Below, one piece after another: positions 36,302 to 46,288 of a stretch of 64,000 nucleotides of DNA. This stretch comes from a bacterium. GTDB taxonomy: Bacteria > Elusimicrobiota > Elusimicrobia > UBA1565 > UBA9628. The stretch is from assembly GCA_021810245.1 (NCBI GenBank), contig JAJZJF010000002.1:1594-65593 (forward strand), given 5' to 3'. The position numbers and the translations under genes were made by a program. The first letter of the stretch is position 1; each line of letters begins with the position of its first letter. A model generated the notes under the pieces. That model had not been told where the DNA came from, did not search any database, and was given only the letters and a program-made list of their open reading frames with translations.

Positions 36302-37351
36302 TTAGATATTCTCGAAATAAGCCGCGATGGCGTCGTGAATTTTCTTTGACACCTTTCTGGACAGAGAAATCTCCGAGCGATTGACCGCGTCGGAATGGCT
36401 AATGGAAGAGGCTTGGCGGTCTTGGGATTCAAATTGGGCGAATATGGCCTTTGAACGCGCGTTTTCTATCGATATAATCGCCTGGGATTTTCCCCATTTC
36501 CACGGAGGCGGCAACTGCGTAATTTTTTCCGATGTGACCTTTCCCTCAATGAGAATATCGGGGGTTTGTGTCGAATAATCGACCACAGCCGACATTCCCA
36601 GACCATTGAGGCCTTCAACGACGCCGGTTTCGACGATGCCCCCGTCTTTGCCGGAAATATGAACGGAAATGACAAGAGCCGATAAGGCCTTTTCAACCTG
36701 GGCCTTGGCTTTCGATTCGTCAATGGGACAGGCGGGAGTCTGACCAGTCGCGGAAATCACTTGAAGTTCTTGGGCCAAATGCTCCCGCGCTTTTAAAAGG
36801 GCCAAGACCTTCATCGCCGCGCGCGCGCGCCCAAACTTTTCTTTGGAACTGTTGAGGGTCTCTGCCCAATTTTTGAGTTCATGATCGATTCGTGAAATCT
36901 TGTCATTAAGAGAAATAGAGGCCTTTTGCCGGTCCATGACAGCCAGGGCGTAGTAGTTTTTGGTCAAGGGGTTTTCCCAATATTTCACGACCCGAACGCC
37001 TCTTAAAACCTCTTGGGAAGCCACCGCAACCGCTTGAGAAACCGATTGCGAGAAAGTATTTTTTGATTTCCCATTGGCCATCTGGGTTCCTTCGGCTTCC
37101 GAGACATTATCATGAACCGTCACGCGACTGCTGATAATTTTAGCGATCTCAGCCCTGGCGGAATTTCCAGCAGAGGCATGGCTGCCCCCCGAACCGACTC
37201 CGGTCAAATAAAAGGTGTTGGGATAATGGTCATCGCTCCCATTAATCCAAGACGGCCTTTGAACGGTAAAAGAACTTCTCGTTTGAAAAGAGGCGCAAGC
37301 GCTCAGCGAAAAACCCAAGAAAACAAGGGGAATTATTTTGCGCATCATCAT
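36302..37351 (-). CDS. Lipoprotein with LPP20-like N-terminal domain
   Basis: Lipobox FSLSAC. LTGVGSGGSHASAGNSARAEIAKIISSRV...YYALAVMD matches the LPP20 pattern. Confidence 0.55.
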   Translation of the reverse strand: MMMRKIIPLVFLGFSLSACASFQTRSSFTVQRPSWINGSDDHYPNTFYLTGVGSGGSHASAGNSARAEIAKIISSRVTVHDNVSEAEGTQMANGKSKNTFSQSVSQAVAVASQEVLRGVRVVKYWENPLTKNYYALAVMDRQKASISLNDKISRIDHELKNWAETLNSSKEKFGRARAAMKVLALLKAREHLAQELQVISATGQTPACPIDESKAKAQVEKALSALVISVHISGKDGGIVETGVVEGLNGLGMSAVVDYSTQTPDILIEGKVTSEKITQLPPPWKWGKSQAIISIENARSKAIFAQFESQDRQASSISHSDAVNRSEISLSRKVSKKIHDAIAAYFENI

Positions 37352-37358
37352 TTCCTCC

Positions 37359-38723
37359 TCACAAGGCCGTTCGGAAAGCGAGATAGCTCCGGGTAAATTT
37401 TTTAATTCTCACGCCCGGAAAAACATGAGACTCGATGACATATCCTGCTTGATCTTTAAAATCAACCCGCACGGTATGAATTCCAGGAGGAACTTTTATC
37501 CGCGCCATGCGAATCTGAGATGGAAGGGTCGTCCAACTCCTGGTGTCGGCCACTTCGGTCGCCGCGGCGATAATGTTTGTGCCCACCTGCGTTAAAAGCC
37601 CCCAGCCTTGGCCAAATTGCTTGCCAACAGCTTGGCTGGCCGCATGGGCCAAAATATATTTAATGGCCGCGCGAGCGATAGCCCGCGCCATAATCATATC
37701 CATGCGATTTTTCAAATTCTTAAAGGCGATAGCGCTCACATCTTCCATTAAAATCGTCTCGCCAGCCGGCTTTGAATCCACAAACACCTCGGAAGAAGCG
37801 ATACGGTATCGCGGCTGAACGTATTGCGGATAGGCCACCGTAATCGCGTTTCCGACAAATCCGGCCACTAAAGCGTTTTTTGCGCGCTGAGCGTCACGGC
37901 TGGTATCATTACTTTCCTGGACCGCTAAGACAGCTTGGTTCCACGCAACTTGAATTGTCTTTGAAATCTTAATTGGAGCGACGCCGTTATAATGAATGAA
38001 AACAAGTTCTCCATCCCCATCCTTACGCGCATTTTTTGGAAAATGAAATTCCGGCTGCGGAGTATTATAATAGGACGCGTACCAAAGATAGGCTCTCTTG
38101 GCCGCCTCAAGGGATATCCGGGCGTCGTTGAGATCTCCGATATCGGCGTAAAGCATCGCGTCGAGATAACGGACAAAAGCGTCGTCTTTGTAGCCTAATT
38201 TGTCGCCGTAATGATCGTGGAGTTGCTGGAGAAAAAATTCCGCTTTATTGGCTTCGACTGCCGCGCCATGGGGATGGCCCATAAAAATCCAGTTCATCGC
38301 GCGAAAGACGTGAAGAAGCACCCGTTCAAACGGCTCGCCGGCATAATCCATCGTCGTATCGTTGAGAAGGAGCATCCCGCCTGCCTGAAGAATGCTCTTG
38401 GTATAGAGGTCCTGCATTGTGTGCTCGGCCTCGGCGAACTTTTGGTCGCTTTCCTTGTACTGATTGCCGTTGTTGAGAATAGTTCCTTCGTCTAAATGAT
38501 AAAGGACAACGCTTTTGGAACCGTATTCGCTGTCTTTATGGTCTTGGACGTCTTTAAGAGCGGCAGGATACTCTCGAAGCGCGATGAGGTGATTGAGCTG
38601 ATCCCGATAAGCGGTGGTCGGTTCGGTCGAGCAAGCGGAAAAAAGAACGATCATCCCTAGAACCGATGCCGCAATCCAAGACTGAGGCCAGTCTCTCCAT
38701 CTGCGGCTAGGAAAAGATCTCAT
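37359..38723 (-). CDS. Large conserved lipoprotein of unknown function
   Basis: Lipobox LFSAC. 454 aa with a helical, TPR-like N-terminal half. Sits between LPP20-like and LpoB-like genes. Confidence 0.5.
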   Translation of the reverse strand: MRSFPSRRWRDWPQSWIAASVLGMIVLFSACSTEPTTAYRDQLNHLIALREYPAALKDVQDHKDSEYGSKSVVLYHLDEGTILNNGNQYKESDQKFAEAEHTMQDLYTKSILQAGGMLLLNDTTMDYAGEPFERVLLHVFRAMNWIFMGHPHGAAVEANKAEFFLQQLHDHYGDKLGYKDDAFVRYLDAMLYADIGDLNDARISLEAAKRAYLWYASYYNTPQPEFHFPKNARKDGDGELVFIHYNGVAPIKISKTIQVAWNQAVLAVQESNDTSRDAQRAKNALVAGFVGNAITVAYPQYVQPRYRIASSEVFVDSKPAGETILMEDVSAIAFKNLKNRMDMIMARAIARAAIKYILAHAASQAVGKQFGQGWGLLTQVGTNIIAAATEVADTRSWTTLPSQIRMARIKVPPGIHTVRVDFKDQAGYVIESHVFPGVRIKKFTRSYLAFRTAL

Positions 38724-38753
38724 TGGAGCGGGCGGAGAGGCGCGTCTCCAATC

Positions 38754-39350
38754 CTAGAGAGTCCAACCGGGCCGAGAAATATATTTCTTGATCTTCTTCT
38801 GCCCAATCCAAGCGATATCGTTTGTCTCAATATTGATGAGCTGAAGGTTGACCTGATAATACATCACTTCACGCCCACCCTCTTGGGTCTTGATAGCGTC
38901 CAGGGTTCCTTCAAGCATATAATCCGCCCCTAATTCCTTGCCCATGGCCTTGCGCGTGGCAGCGGAAGCGTTAACGTCCTGATCTAAGCGCTCTTGCCGC
39001 AACTGCGCTCGCTGCTTATCATCGGCGACAAACTTAACTTTGCCGGAATTAATGAGCTCGCTTTCGATATCCTGGATAAAGATATCGGTGTTAATGTGCT
39101 CGAAGCTCTTATTGTAAATATCTCCGACAATAACGACCGGCTGACGGTCGTATTTTTGCTGGAAATTCGACAGCCAGGGCCGGGACAAACAGTCGGAGAT
39201 CATCTTTTCTGCGGTCAGACGCGCATCGGTCGAATCCCAACGCCCATTGAGGTCAACAACGGCGTTAGTGTTTAATCGCTGAACGCTGGGCCCGCATGCG
39301 GAGAGAGAAAGAAAAGCTACCACCCAAAACGCGCTCTTTGGCATACGCAT
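38754..39350 (-). CDS. LpoB/FlgO-like lipoprotein (PBP-activator LpoB fold family)
   Basis: Lipobox LSLSAC. PVVIVGDIYNKS...ELINSGKVKFV...LGADYMLEGTL pattern. Confidence 0.6.
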   Translation of the reverse strand: MRMPKSAFWVVAFLSLSACGPSVQRLNTNAVVDLNGRWDSTDARLTAEKMISDCLSRPWLSNFQQKYDRQPVVIVGDIYNKSFEHINTDIFIQDIESELINSGKVKFVADDKQRAQLRQERLDQDVNASAATRKAMGKELGADYMLEGTLDAIKTQEGGREVMYYQVNLQLINIETNDIAWIGQKKIKKYISRPGWTL

Positions 39351-39377
39351 ATACTAAACCTTGCCTATTTCTTCGGC

Positions 39378-39980
39378 TCAAAGCCCGCCGGAAATGGCGC
39401 CGGTGGAGTGCTCTTTCTCGTTTTTGCTCAGGTCGCTAAAGGCCTTCTGAGCGTCCTTGCGGACAAAATCGCGAACCTGGCTGCTAAGCTGATTGGCCTG
39501 ATCGAGATTTTTCAAGAAGCCGTTTAGGTCCATCTTGCAAAGAGCATAGATCGTCCCGCCGGAACTCTTCCAGTAATCAACCACATGCGCCCCGGTCAAG
39601 GTAAACTGGGTAAAGGTCTTCTGGGTTTGGCTGACAAACTGCTCATCGGCAGTCTTACTCTGATTTCCCGCGGTCGTCGCCGACATATAATCTTTGTCCA
39701 AGATTGCGACGTAGCGATTCATGGTCTGCGCGATCTGGGCGCAAGCGCGGTCACCCGCGGCCTGGCGAGCTAAAATTGGGTTTTGGCTTCCTTTAAAGCC
39801 GCTTACCCCGTAAAAAACGCCTTGTCCTTGAGAGTCCTTAAAAGCCCCGCTGCCTTTATTGACCCAAGCCGGAGCATTGGAAGAGACCAAAGGCGCATAA
39901 TGCGCGCACCCGGCAATACCCACGACCGCCCCTAAAATGGCGGCGGAAACAACGGAGTTAAAACTCTTGAAGCGTTTCAT
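39378..39980 (-). CDS. LPP20-family lipoprotein
   Basis: Lipobox GIAGC. PAWVNKGSGAF...GVSGFKGSQNPILARQAAGDRACAQIAQ pattern. Confidence 0.6.
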   Translation of the reverse strand: MKRFKSFNSVVSAAILGAVVGIAGCAHYAPLVSSNAPAWVNKGSGAFKDSQGQGVFYGVSGFKGSQNPILARQAAGDRACAQIAQTMNRYVAILDKDYMSATTAGNQSKTADEQFVSQTQKTFTQFTLTGAHVVDYWKSSGGTIYALCKMDLNGFLKNLDQANQLSSQVRDFVRKDAQKAFSDLSKNEKEHSTGAISGGL

Positions 39981-40046
39981 AATGTTCTCCTTTAATCAGC
40001 AGACCTAATAACCTCACACCCGCAAGTCTAGCAGAGAAATATTTCA

Positions 40047-40075
40047 TTGTCAAGTCCTAAAACTTTAGATATGAT
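40047..40075 (+). promoter_or_regulatory. Candidate sigma70 promoter for orn
   Basis: TTGTCA (40047-40052), 17-nt spacer, TATGAT (40070-40075). Confidence 0.45.
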
Positions 40076-40087
40076 AACACTTAACCT

Positions 40088-40627
40088 ATGCAAAATGAGA
40101 TGAATCTCGCCTGGCTGGATTTGGAAATGACTGGATTAGATCCGGAGAAAGACATCATTTTAGAAATCGCGACTATCGTCACCGACAGTGAACTCAATCT
40201 CATCGCGGAAGGCCCGGTCATCGCCATCCGGCAAAGCGAACACGCCTTAGCTTTGATGGATTCTTGGTGCCGGGAAACTCACACAAAATCAGGTCTCATC
40301 GACCGCGTCCGTAATTCCACAATCGAGGTCTTAGAAGCCCAAGCGCGAACGCTTGAATTTATCGCCAAATATTGCCCGCGAAGAAAGGTCCCTCTCTGTG
40401 GAAACACAATCGGGCAAGACCGAAGATTCTTGGCTAGATACATGCCGATTTTAAATGATTTCTTCCATTACCGCTCGGTGGATGTCAGCACGGTCAAGGA
40501 ACTGGTCGCCCGCTGGTATCCGGACAAAAAATACGAACACCAGAAAAATAAAAAGCATCAGGCCCTGGAAGACATCCGGGGATCGATCTCAGAGCTTGCC
40601 TATTACCGGAAAACGATATTTCGGTGA
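40088..40627 (+). CDS. orn: Oligoribonuclease
   Basis: DEDDh exonuclease motifs WLDLEMTGLD, NTIGQDRRFL, HQALEDI; 179 aa. Confidence 0.9.
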   Translation: MQNEMNLAWLDLEMTGLDPEKDIILEIATIVTDSELNLIAEGPVIAIRQSEHALALMDSWCRETHTKSGLIDRVRNSTIEVLEAQARTLEFIAKYCPRRKVPLCGNTIGQDRRFLARYMPILNDFFHYRSVDVSTVKELVARWYPDKKYEHQKNKKHQALEDIRGSISELAYYRKTIFR

Positions 40628-40634
40628 TCTTTCG

Positions 40635-41621
40635 TTATTTGCGGGTCAAGGAAGAGGACCGGACGATTTGATCCAGCTCGTAAGGAAGAGAAAAATGCAT
40701 ATTTTCTTCCACCGTTTCAAATTCCTCAACTTGATTGACCCCAAAGTGCTCTCTGACATATTTGACCACTTCCTGGACCAATATCTCGGGAGCGGAAGCC
40801 CCGGCAGTCAGACCCAAGATGCGCACGTTTTTTAGCCAATCTTTTCTAATGTCGGATGCGCGCTCGATTAAATAAGAGCGAAGTCCCTTGGCCTTGGCCA
40901 CTTCGCACAGGCGAATGGAATTGGAGCTATTCGGCGCGCCCAAAACCAGCAAAAGGTCCATATGCGGAACCATCGCCTTAACCGCATTTTGGCGATTTTG
41001 AGTCGCGTAACAAATATCGTCTTTGGAAGGAGCGTGAAGATTCGGGAATCGGCGTTTTAAAACCGCGACGATTTCGCGGGTATCATCTAAGGAGAGAGTT
41101 GTCTGCGTTAAATAGGCGACGCGATTGGGATCGGGAACAGAAACCTTTTCGGCTTCCAGCGCGCTCCCAATGACCCGGATATGTTCCGGCGCTTCCCCCA
41201 TAGTTCCAATGGTCTCGACGTGATCGGCGTGCCCGATGAGGAGAATGGAATAGCCTTTTTTAGCCAAGGCCTTGGCCTCTAAATGGACCTTGGTCACCAA
41301 TGGGCAGGTAGCGTCAATCGCTTTAAGTTTGCGGTCCTTGGCTTCTTGAACCACCGCCGGAGACACTCCGTGAGCGGAAAAAATCAGCCACGACCCAGGC
41401 GGGACCTCGGAGAGATCTTCAACGAAAATAGCCCCTTTGGCCCTTAAACCGTCTACCACATAGCGGTTATGGATAATTTCATGCCGCACATACACCGGAC
41501 GCCCGCAAACTTCAAGAGCCTTCTCAACGACATCAATGGCGCGAACGACTCCGGCGCAAAATCCGCGCAGGCGAGCCAAAATGAGCTTTTCGATCTTAAT
41601 GTCTTGATCTTCTTGTTGCAT
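40635..41621 (-). CDS. ispH: 4-hydroxy-3-methylbut-2-enyl diphosphate reductase
   Basis: GFCAGVVRAI, HEIIHN, ATCPLVTKVH (Fe-S cysteines). Confidence 0.95.
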   Translation of the reverse strand: MQQEDQDIKIEKLILARLRGFCAGVVRAIDVVEKALEVCGRPVYVRHEIIHNRYVVDGLRAKGAIFVEDLSEVPPGSWLIFSAHGVSPAVVQEAKDRKLKAIDATCPLVTKVHLEAKALAKKGYSILLIGHADHVETIGTMGEAPEHIRVIGSALEAEKVSVPDPNRVAYLTQTTLSLDDTREIVAVLKRRFPNLHAPSKDDICYATQNRQNAVKAMVPHMDLLLVLGAPNSSNSIRLCEVAKAKGLRSYLIERASDIRKDWLKNVRILGLTAGASAPEILVQEVVKYVREHFGVNQVEEFETVEENMHFSLPYELDQIVRSSSLTRK

Positions 41622-43591
41622 TATGCCCCCTTACTCGCGGCGAACTCAACTCCGTTGGCCGAACGGCCCTTCATCCACTCAGCCACTCGTTCGGCGATCT
41701 TGGGAGCTGAAAGGCCGACATGATCGTAAAGAAGAGCCGGCGCCCCATGTTCGACAAAGCGATCCGGAATTCCGATTCTCAAGACCGAAGCCGAAGCGTC
41801 TCCCAGCGCTTCTAAAACCGCGCTGCCAAAGCCGCCCTGCAAAACATTGTCTTCCACTGTCACCAAATGTGGGCTGATTCGCAGACATTCTTTGATCATT
41901 TCCACGTCCAAGGGCTTGACAAAGCGCATATTGACGACACCAGCGGAAATTCCGCGCTCTTCCAGCGTTTTGGCGGCTTCAAGAGACGGGTGAACGCGGT
42001 TTCCAATCGCCAATATCGTCAGATCTCGCCCTTCCCGCAGACGCACGGCCTTCCCAATAGGGAGCAGCTTTGCCTCCGCGTCCATCTCCACCCCTTGCCC
42101 AGCGCCGCGCGGATAACGAATGCTGACCGGGGCATTGAGGTTTAAGGCGGTTTTAAGCATATGCTGAAGCTCGTTTTCATCGGCTGGAGCCATGACCGTC
42201 ATCCCGGGGATTATCCGGAGATAGCTATAGTCGAAAACCCCATGATGAGTCGGGCCATCTTCTCCGACTAACCCCGCGCGGTCAAGACAAAAGACCACCG
42301 GCAGATTTTGAAGGCAAATATCATGCTCGATTTGGTCAAAAGCGCGCTGAAGGAAAGTTGAATAAATCGCGACCACTGGCTTTTGCCCCGCAGCAGCCAA
42401 GCCCCCGGCAAAAGTCACCGCATGCTCTTCGGCCAAGCCGACATCGAAATAGCGTTTTGGAAATTTATCCCTAAAAGCGTCCATTCCCGTTCCCTCAGGC
42501 ATGGCTGCGGTAATGCCGACAATTTTAGGATCAACCTCGGCCTCCTTGACAATGGCCTTGGAAAAGACCGCGGTATAAGAAGGAGGAGTTTTGGCGGTTG
42601 ATTTAATCATCGTTCCCGTTTGGGGGTCGAATTTTCCGGGACCGTGCCAAGTAATCGCATCCGCTTCCGCCGGGGCGTAACCTTTTCCTTTTTGGGTGAT
42701 GCAGTGAATCAGAACCGGACCTTTAAGTTCCTTAACATGCCGAAAGACCTCGACTAAGGACTTCACATCGTGACCGTCCACGGGCCCAAAATAGGAAAAT
42801 CCCATTTCTTCAAAAAGCATCCCTGGGAACAAAAGAACCCGAGCGCGCTTGGCGATGCGCATGATGCTTGCGCCCCAAAACTTAAAACGCGCCAAGAATT
42901 TTTCCACCTGCTTATGCGCGCCTTGAACCGCGCCCCAAGTCAAAAGCCGGGTCAAAAACACCCCCAAGGCTCCAACACGATGAGAGATAAACATCTGATT
43001 GTCGTTGAGAACGACGATAATATCGCTCTGCAATTGTCCCGCGTTTTGAAGGCCCTCGTAGGATTCCCCACCGGTCATGCAACCATCGGAGACAATCGCG
43101 ACGACCTTGTTTTTCTCGCCTTGGATATCTCGGGCCGCGGCCATTCCCAAAGCGGATGAAATCGCAGTCGAGGCGTGTCCCGCGCCGAAAGAATCGTAAG
43201 GAGATTCCGTCCGTTTTAAAAAGCCGGAAATTTCGCCGAAGTGGCGAATTTTTTTCAAGGAATCCCGCCGTCCGGTCAAGACCTTATGGCCGTAGGTTTG
43301 ATGCCCGGTATCCCAAACCAACTTATCTTTCGGAGTGTTAAAAACATAGTGCAGGGCCACCGCGATATCGGCCGCGCCTAGGCTTGAGCCGAAATGTCCT
43401 CCGATTTGAGACACCGTGTGGATTAAGTATTGGCGCAATTCTAATGAGACCTGAGGCAATTTTTCAATGGAAATTTTTCTCAGATCCACCGGATCGTTAA
43501 TGGAGGTTAAAAGCGGCCACTTTGATTTTTCCGCCTCCGCTGAAGCGGTTTTCCCGTTTTCTAAAGACGCGCGCGAATTTTCTTCTGACAT
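41621..43591 (-). CDS. dxs: 1-deoxy-D-xylulose-5-phosphate synthase
   Basis: GGHFGSSLGAADIAVALHYVFNTPKDKLVWDTGHQTYGHKVLTGR, and the TPP-binding region with DG...N (SDGCMTGGESYEGLQNA). Confidence 0.95.
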   Translation of the reverse strand: MSEENSRASLENGKTASAEAEKSKWPLLTSINDPVDLRKISIEKLPQVSLELRQYLIHTVSQIGGHFGSSLGAADIAVALHYVFNTPKDKLVWDTGHQTYGHKVLTGRRDSLKKIRHFGEISGFLKRTESPYDSFGAGHASTAISSALGMAAARDIQGEKNKVVAIVSDGCMTGGESYEGLQNAGQLQSDIIVVLNDNQMFISHRVGALGVFLTRLLTWGAVQGAHKQVEKFLARFKFWGASIMRIAKRARVLLFPGMLFEEMGFSYFGPVDGHDVKSLVEVFRHVKELKGPVLIHCITQKGKGYAPAEADAITWHGPGKFDPQTGTMIKSTAKTPPSYTAVFSKAIVKEAEVDPKIVGITAAMPEGTGMDAFRDKFPKRYFDVGLAEEHAVTFAGGLAAAGQKPVVAIYSTFLQRAFDQIEHDICLQNLPVVFCLDRAGLVGEDGPTHHGVFDYSYLRIIPGMTVMAPADENELQHMLKTALNLNAPVSIRYPRGAGQGVEMDAEAKLLPIGKAVRLREGRDLTILAIGNRVHPSLEAAKTLEERGISAGVVNMRFVKPLDVEMIKECLRISPHLVTVEDNVLQGGFGSAVLEALGDASASVLRIGIPDRFVEHGAPALLYDHVGLSAPKIAERVAEWMKGRSANGVEFAASKGA

Positions 43592-44529
43592 TATTTATCC
43601 CTCTCAATAGTATAGTCTGCAATCCGTTTAAGCCACTGATTTCTTTGCGCTGAAAAAACGTCCAAGGCCGCCTTGGCCCTTAAAGCTTCCTTCCGAGCCA
43701 TCGCGCGAGCCTTTTCAACTCCGTAAAGAGAAACATAGGTTAGTTTATTGTTGGCGGCGTCAGAACCCGTTTTCCCCATCTTCTTTTTGTCTCCAACCGC
43801 GTCCAAAACATCATCGGCAATCTGAAAGGCAAGACCCAAGGAACGGCCATAACTTGACAGAGATTGAATCTGGGCTTCTGTGGCCCGCGCCAAAACAGCT
43901 CCCGCTTCCAAACTGGCCACAATCAAAGAAGCCGTTTTGTGAAGATGGATATACTCTAAATGGCGAGCAGGATTAAATCCGTGATTTTTATTTTTCCAGT
44001 TTTCCGCTTCCAAATCAGCGGCTTGACCTCCAACCATTCCGGAAGCTCCGGCGCCGCGGGCAATGGCCTGAATCAGGGCCGCCGCGCGCTTTCCGTCCAG
44101 GTTTAAATCCGCGCTATTTTCGGCCGCGACTTCAAAGGCGTAGGTTAAAAGCCCATCTCCTGCCAAAATCGCTAAAGCCTCTCCAAAAACTTTATGATTG
44201 GTTGGGCGTCCGCGCCTTAAATCATCATCGTCCATTGCTGGCAAATCGTCATGGATAAGCGAATAGGTATGAATCATTTCAAGAGCCGCCGCGGTTTTAA
44301 GCGCGTCATCCGCTTTTCCGCCGCAACATTCATGCGCCGCCAAAACTAAAATCGGCCTCAAGCGCTTGCCACCGGCAAAAATTGAATAGCTCATCGCCTT
44401 ATTAACCGAAACCGGCTCATCTTTATGCCGGACAAAAAGCTTCTTTAAGACGGAGTCAACCTTCTTTGAATAAACAGAAAGATATTCGTCCAAAGAGACT
44501 TTCTTATCTTCGGTCAAAGTCTTTCTCAT
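43591..44529 (-). CDS. ispA: (E)-polyprenyl (farnesyl/geranylgeranyl) diphosphate synthase
   Basis: FARM LIHDDLPAMDDDDLRRG and SARM FQIADDVLD. Confidence 0.9.
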   Translation of the reverse strand: MRKTLTEDKKVSLDEYLSVYSKKVDSVLKKLFVRHKDEPVSVNKAMSYSIFAGGKRLRPILVLAAHECCGGKADDALKTAAALEMIHTYSLIHDDLPAMDDDDLRRGRPTNHKVFGEALAILAGDGLLTYAFEVAAENSADLNLDGKRAAALIQAIARGAGASGMVGGQAADLEAENWKNKNHGFNPARHLEYIHLHKTASLIVASLEAGAVLARATEAQIQSLSSYGRSLGLAFQIADDVLDAVGDKKKMGKTGSDAANNKLTYVSLYGVEKARAMARKEALRAKAALDVFSAQRNQWLKRIADYTIERDK

Positions 44530-45263
44530 TTTAAATCTCCCGAATCGTCTAAAAGCCTTCGCAAAAAATCAACCAAAATTTTTGACGCGCGCCGCTGTTT
44601 TAAATAAAGCTTGCCAAAATTGGCCCAAGACCGGGGCTGCGAGATAAAATACCAAATGAAAGAAAGCGTTTTCTCGTTTTGAGGCGTTTGGGCGGGCAAG
44701 GAATCCTCTAAGGAATCTAAAACCACGCGAATTGAAGCAAACTCGCAATCCGGATTTTTTTCCTTGGCCCAAAACTTTAAAGGAGATGACTCCATATCCA
44801 CCACCAAAGCCCCGGTTTTATCCGCGAAAGATTTTTTTAGTTTTGGAGAATAAAGCGCTTCTTCGGCATGAGCGAGCGGAGAAAAATAAACCTTGAGACC
44901 TAGAGAATTCTTGATTATTTCCGCTTTCGCGGACAAAACCTCGGGCAAACCATCGCAGATAATGTCTCCCGTAGACAGTTCGGGTTTCAAAGCTCCGCAA
45001 AAACCCGTTGAAATCACCCGCGAAAAAACGCCCCCTTCAGGCAATTGTGAAAGCCGCTTTTTTAAAGCCGCTTCGCCCATTCCGGTTTTGATCAAAAGAA
45101 TCGAGCGTCCGCCAAACTTGCCGAAAAAAGAATCCGAAGAGGCGGCCTTAAGATGAAGGGCTTGAGCAATTGGAAAAGCCTCCCAAGAAGTGGCCGCGCA
45201 GATTAAGGTCGGAAAAAATCGCGAAGTCTCTTCTTTTTTAGAAACGCGAGAGAAATCGCTCAT
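44526..45263 (-). CDS. hpnG: Hopanoid-associated phosphorylase/nucleosidase (HpnG-like, PNP_UDP family)
   Basis: Context between hpnA and the prenyl synthase, with an MTA/SAH-nucleosidase-like pattern (GMGEAA, VVDMES). I chose ATG 45263 because of its ATGA overlap with the hpnA stop; ATG 45272 is an alternative. Confidence 0.6.
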   Translation of the reverse strand: MSDFSRVSKKEETSRFFPTLICAATSWEAFPIAQALHLKAASSDSFFGKFGGRSILLIKTGMGEAALKKRLSQLPEGGVFSRVISTGFCGALKPELSTGDIICDGLPEVLSAKAEIIKNSLGLKVYFSPLAHAEEALYSPKLKKSFADKTGALVVDMESSPLKFWAKEKNPDCEFASIRVVLDSLEDSLPAQTPQNEKTLSFIWYFISQPRSWANFGKLYLKQRRASKILVDFLRRLLDDSGDLK

Positions 45264-46288
45264 GACAGGCATACTTTCATCCGCTCCTCGGCCTTTTTGG
45301 AGACATATCCATTTTCCACAAACCAATTAACGGCGCTTTTTAAAGCTTCGCGCGCGGAAGCGGGATGATACCCCCATTCTTTTTCGGCTTTCGATGAATC
45401 AAACCACATATAATGTTTAGCCATTTTAACGGCGTCTAACGGCGCCAAGGGTTCCCCACCGGTCAAACGCGCGCGCGCGGAATCAAGAGCGGCAAAAGCA
45501 TAAGCGATCAAATAAGGCGTCTTAAACCGCGGCGCGGAAAGCCCGCTAAGATCAGCTAAAATCTCCAGCATCGCCTTAAAGGTGATGTTTTCTCCTCCTA
45601 AAATATAACGCTGGCCCACTCGTCCTTTTTCAGCCGCCAACCAATGCCCCAAGGCCACATCGCGGGCAAAGACAATGTTAAGCCCGGTCTCTATGTAAGA
45701 AGGAATGCGCCCGTTGAGAAAATCAACGATGATCTTTCCGGTCGGAGTGGGCTTAATGTCATAGCCTCCAATAGGCGCGGCGGGGTTGACGACCACGACC
45801 GGAGACCCGTTTTGAGCCAGTTTCAGAGCCTCTTTCTCGGCGAGATACTTTGACTTTTTATAATGGCTTACAATTTCAGATTCAGAGGCGTATTCCGAGG
45901 TTTCATCCGCCGGACGATGATCCGGGCGCGGCTTAATGGCCGCGACCGAGGAACAGTGGACAATTTTTTCGCATCCCGCGCGGGTCGCCGATTCTATGAC
46001 GCGGATAGTTCCCTTGACATTAGACTCATACATGGCTTGCGGATTTTTCACCCACAGGCGGTAATCCGCCGCGCAGTGAAAGGCGTAGCGCGCGCCCGCG
46101 CAACCCGCTTTTAAAGCCGCCTCGTCAAGCAAATCGCCTTCGATAATATCGACCGAAAGGCCTTCGAGATTCTTGCGGTTTGAACCGCGCCGGGCCAACG
46201 CCCGGACATGAAAGCCCTTATCGACTAAAAGCCTCGCCAGATTCGCGCCGACAAAGCCCGTCCCTCCGGTGAGAAAGCAGGTGTCCAT
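45260..46288 (-). CDS. hpnA: Hopanoid-associated NAD-dependent sugar epimerase (HpnA-like)
   Basis: Rossmann LTGGTGFVGANL, and SDR Y-x3-K (YKKSK). Confidence 0.75.
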   Translation of the reverse strand: MDTCFLTGGTGFVGANLARLLVDKGFHVRALARRGSNRKNLEGLSVDIIEGDLLDEAALKAGCAGARYAFHCAADYRLWVKNPQAMYESNVKGTIRVIESATRAGCEKIVHCSSVAAIKPRPDHRPADETSEYASESEIVSHYKKSKYLAEKEALKLAQNGSPVVVVNPAAPIGGYDIKPTPTGKIIVDFLNGRIPSYIETGLNIVFARDVALGHWLAAEKGRVGQRYILGGENITFKAMLEILADLSGLSAPRFKTPYLIAYAFAALDSARARLTGGEPLAPLDAVKMAKHYMWFDSSKAEKEWGYHPASAREALKSAVNWFVENGYVSKKAEERMKVCLS

